From Candidatus Poribacteria bacterium (GTDB lineage: Bacteria > Poribacteria > WGA-4E > WGA-3G): a stretch of DNA of 64,000 nt. Each line of letters begins with the position of its first letter. Positions within the stretch are counted from its first letter, which is position 1. Positions 62,529 through 64,000 of this stretch are shown here, piece after piece. The translations under genes were made by a program, and so were the position numbers. Location of the stretch: NCBI GenBank assembly GCA_965205025.1, contig CBDBFU010000020.1:1-64000 (forward strand), given 5' to 3'. Under the pieces are notes generated by a model that worked only from the letters and a program-made list of their open reading frames with translations, searched no databases and was not told the origin of the DNA.

Positions 62529-63569
62529 ATGTATAAATGTGCAATTCTTGGGTGTCGTGGACGTGCTCGTGCACATGCACGTGCCTATGACAATGTTAAG
62601 GGTGGTAAACTGGTAGCTATCTGTGATATGAAAGAGGATTTACTTAACGATTTTGGTGATGAATTCGACATTGATTCACGGTATACAGATCTTGATGAAA
62701 TGTTGACTAAGGAAAAACCTGATCTATTGCATATTGTTACTGCACCTGTATTAAGGGGTAGTAATGAACGGATTCGTTACCCACTTTTAAATCAGGCATC
62801 TGAGCAGGGAGTTCCTTCAGTAATAATTGAAAAACCGATTGCTGTTGAAAGTGAAGATTGGAGACAAATCCATGAACTCTCAAAACAGACAAAAACAAAG
62901 ATTGCTATTAATACACAACTCAATTACCATCCCAAAAACCTTGAATTGAAGAACGATGTTGCTGAAGGTAAAATTGGTGCAATCAAATTTATTGAAGCAA
63001 GTGCTCGTAACCCACCCGTAGATCAAGCACCCCATGTACTTCAGTTAGTCTCCTCTTATATTGACAACTCTCAACCAGTTAGAGTAATGGGACAAATTGC
63101 TGGAGCAGGTAATTTAGATGGAGCTCAACCTTCCCCAGCAAACGCTACAGCAATAGTCACCTATGCCAACGGTATACAAGCATCTGTGGCTTTTGGTCCA
63201 GAAATGGCACCACGAGTTTTACCCAATACTGGTAATAATAGACATAAACGGGTTTGTGTCTTTGGAGAAACAGGTTTTGTTCATTGGCGTTTTGAAAGTT
63301 GGGAGCGTTGCACACCTGAAGGTGGGTATGAGGGAGGAAATCTGAGTTACGGTGACCAAAATGCGGTAGCACAAACAAATCTAACAGAAGCAGTCTTTGA
63401 TTGGCTTGAGGATGATAGCAAGGTTCACCCAACGAATTTACCGCAATCCTTGGCTGAGTTTAATTTACTCCTTGGCATCTATTATAGTGGTCTTACAAAT
63501 ACTGTTATAGAATTACCTTTTGATCCTCCTGACGGATTAATGGATATGTTCAGAGAGCAGCTTAAATAG
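62529..63569 (+). CDS. Gfo/Idh/MocA family oxidoreductase
   Basis: CAILGCRG Rossmann start, EKPDLLHIVT, IIEKPIA; AGGAG RBS. Confidence 0.88.
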   Translation: MYKCAILGCRGRARAHARAYDNVKGGKLVAICDMKEDLLNDFGDEFDIDSRYTDLDEMLTKEKPDLLHIVTAPVLRGSNERIRYPLLNQASEQGVPSVIIEKPIAVESEDWRQIHELSKQTKTKIAINTQLNYHPKNLELKNDVAEGKIGAIKFIEASARNPPVDQAPHVLQLVSSYIDNSQPVRVMGQIAGAGNLDGAQPSPANATAIVTYANGIQASVAFGPEMAPRVLPNTGNNRHKRVCVFGETGFVHWRFESWERCTPEGGYEGGNLSYGDQNAVAQTNLTEAVFDWLEDDSKVHPTNLPQSLAEFNLLLGIYYSGLTNTVIELPFDPPDGLMDMFREQLK

Positions 63570-63629
63570 AAGTAGAAATACATCTGGACTTACTATATCA
63601 CCATAACCCAAGTGATAGGAAAAATTACT

Positions 63630-64000
63630 GTGGATAATAAAGTAATTTACATGGATAACCATGCGACAACACCAATTGCACCAGAAGTATTGGAAGTTAT
63701 GTTGCCATTTTACACAACCCATTTTGGGAATGCAGCAAGTACACATCTCTTTGGTATCAAGGCAAAGGAGGCAGTCGAGAAAGCACGAGAACAAGTTGCT
63801 GATTTACTAGGATGTAAGCCAAAAGAGGTAATTTTTACAAGTGGTGCAACTGAATCCAACAATCTTGCAATTAGAGGAGTTGCTTACGCATATAAGGATA
63901 AAGGGAACCACATAATTACGAGTGCAGTTGAACATCATGCAATACTTGATACATGTCATGCTTTAGAGACTGAGGGTTTTGAAATTACTTACTTACCAGT
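63630..64000 (+). CDS. iscS: Cysteine desulfurase (IscS/NifS), partial at the window end
   Basis: Not in the ORF track; translated by hand as [10 protein letters not shown]...HFGNAAS...[16 protein letters not shown]...[14 protein letters not shown]. Confidence 0.9.
   Translation, partial: MDNKVIYMDNHATTPIAPEVLEVMLPFYTTHFGNAASTHLFGIKAKEAVEKAREQVADLLGCKPKEVIFTSGATESNNLAIRGVAYAYKDKGNHIITSAVEHHAILDTCHALETEGFEITYLP

Noticed and set aside
940-63794. Numerous short antisense or out-of-frame ORFs (e.g. 36220..36783, 41589..42074, 43185..43811, 22834..23271, 63537..63794)
   Set aside because: They lie over well-supported genes on the other strand or frame and lack motifs; they are shadow ORFs.

Overview
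AT-rich bacterial chromosomal window. It is probably Candidatus Poribacteria or a close relative, inferred from LRR-dockerin proteins ending in the NYPNPFNPETWIPY Ig-like domain, a LamG-type secreted protein, PhyH and sulfatases. Core genes: uxuA, kamA-like, cyclophilin, disA, purC, dapB, dapL, asd, an operon lepA-lepB-selB-selC(tRNA-Sec)-lipA, mtnK, DnaJ-type chaperone, aspartate aminotransferase and a partial cysteine desulfurase. Accessory content: two sulfatases, a GHMP kinase-GalU fusion, a propeller-SpoIIE sensor phosphatase, and a GC-richer block (about 36.3-44.3 kb) encoding secreted LRR/cohesin/dockerin proteins, one fused to a two-CxxCH cytochrome c region. The intergenic DNA is highly structured. 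(1) A ~150-bp element occurs three times with exactly conserved motif spacing; two of the copies are inverted and lie next to a DUF2280-like (putative small-terminase-like) gene. (2) Several families of TA-flanked terminal-inverted-repeat elements carry REP-like hairpins, including a triple nested insertion at 52.7-53.3 kb. (3) A duplicated ~130-bp leader precedes two unrelated accessory genes. No transposase, integrase, cas gene or CRISPR array was found. Several genes are split by single-base indels in homopolymers, probably assembly errors. All calls were made by eye from motifs; no database search was run.
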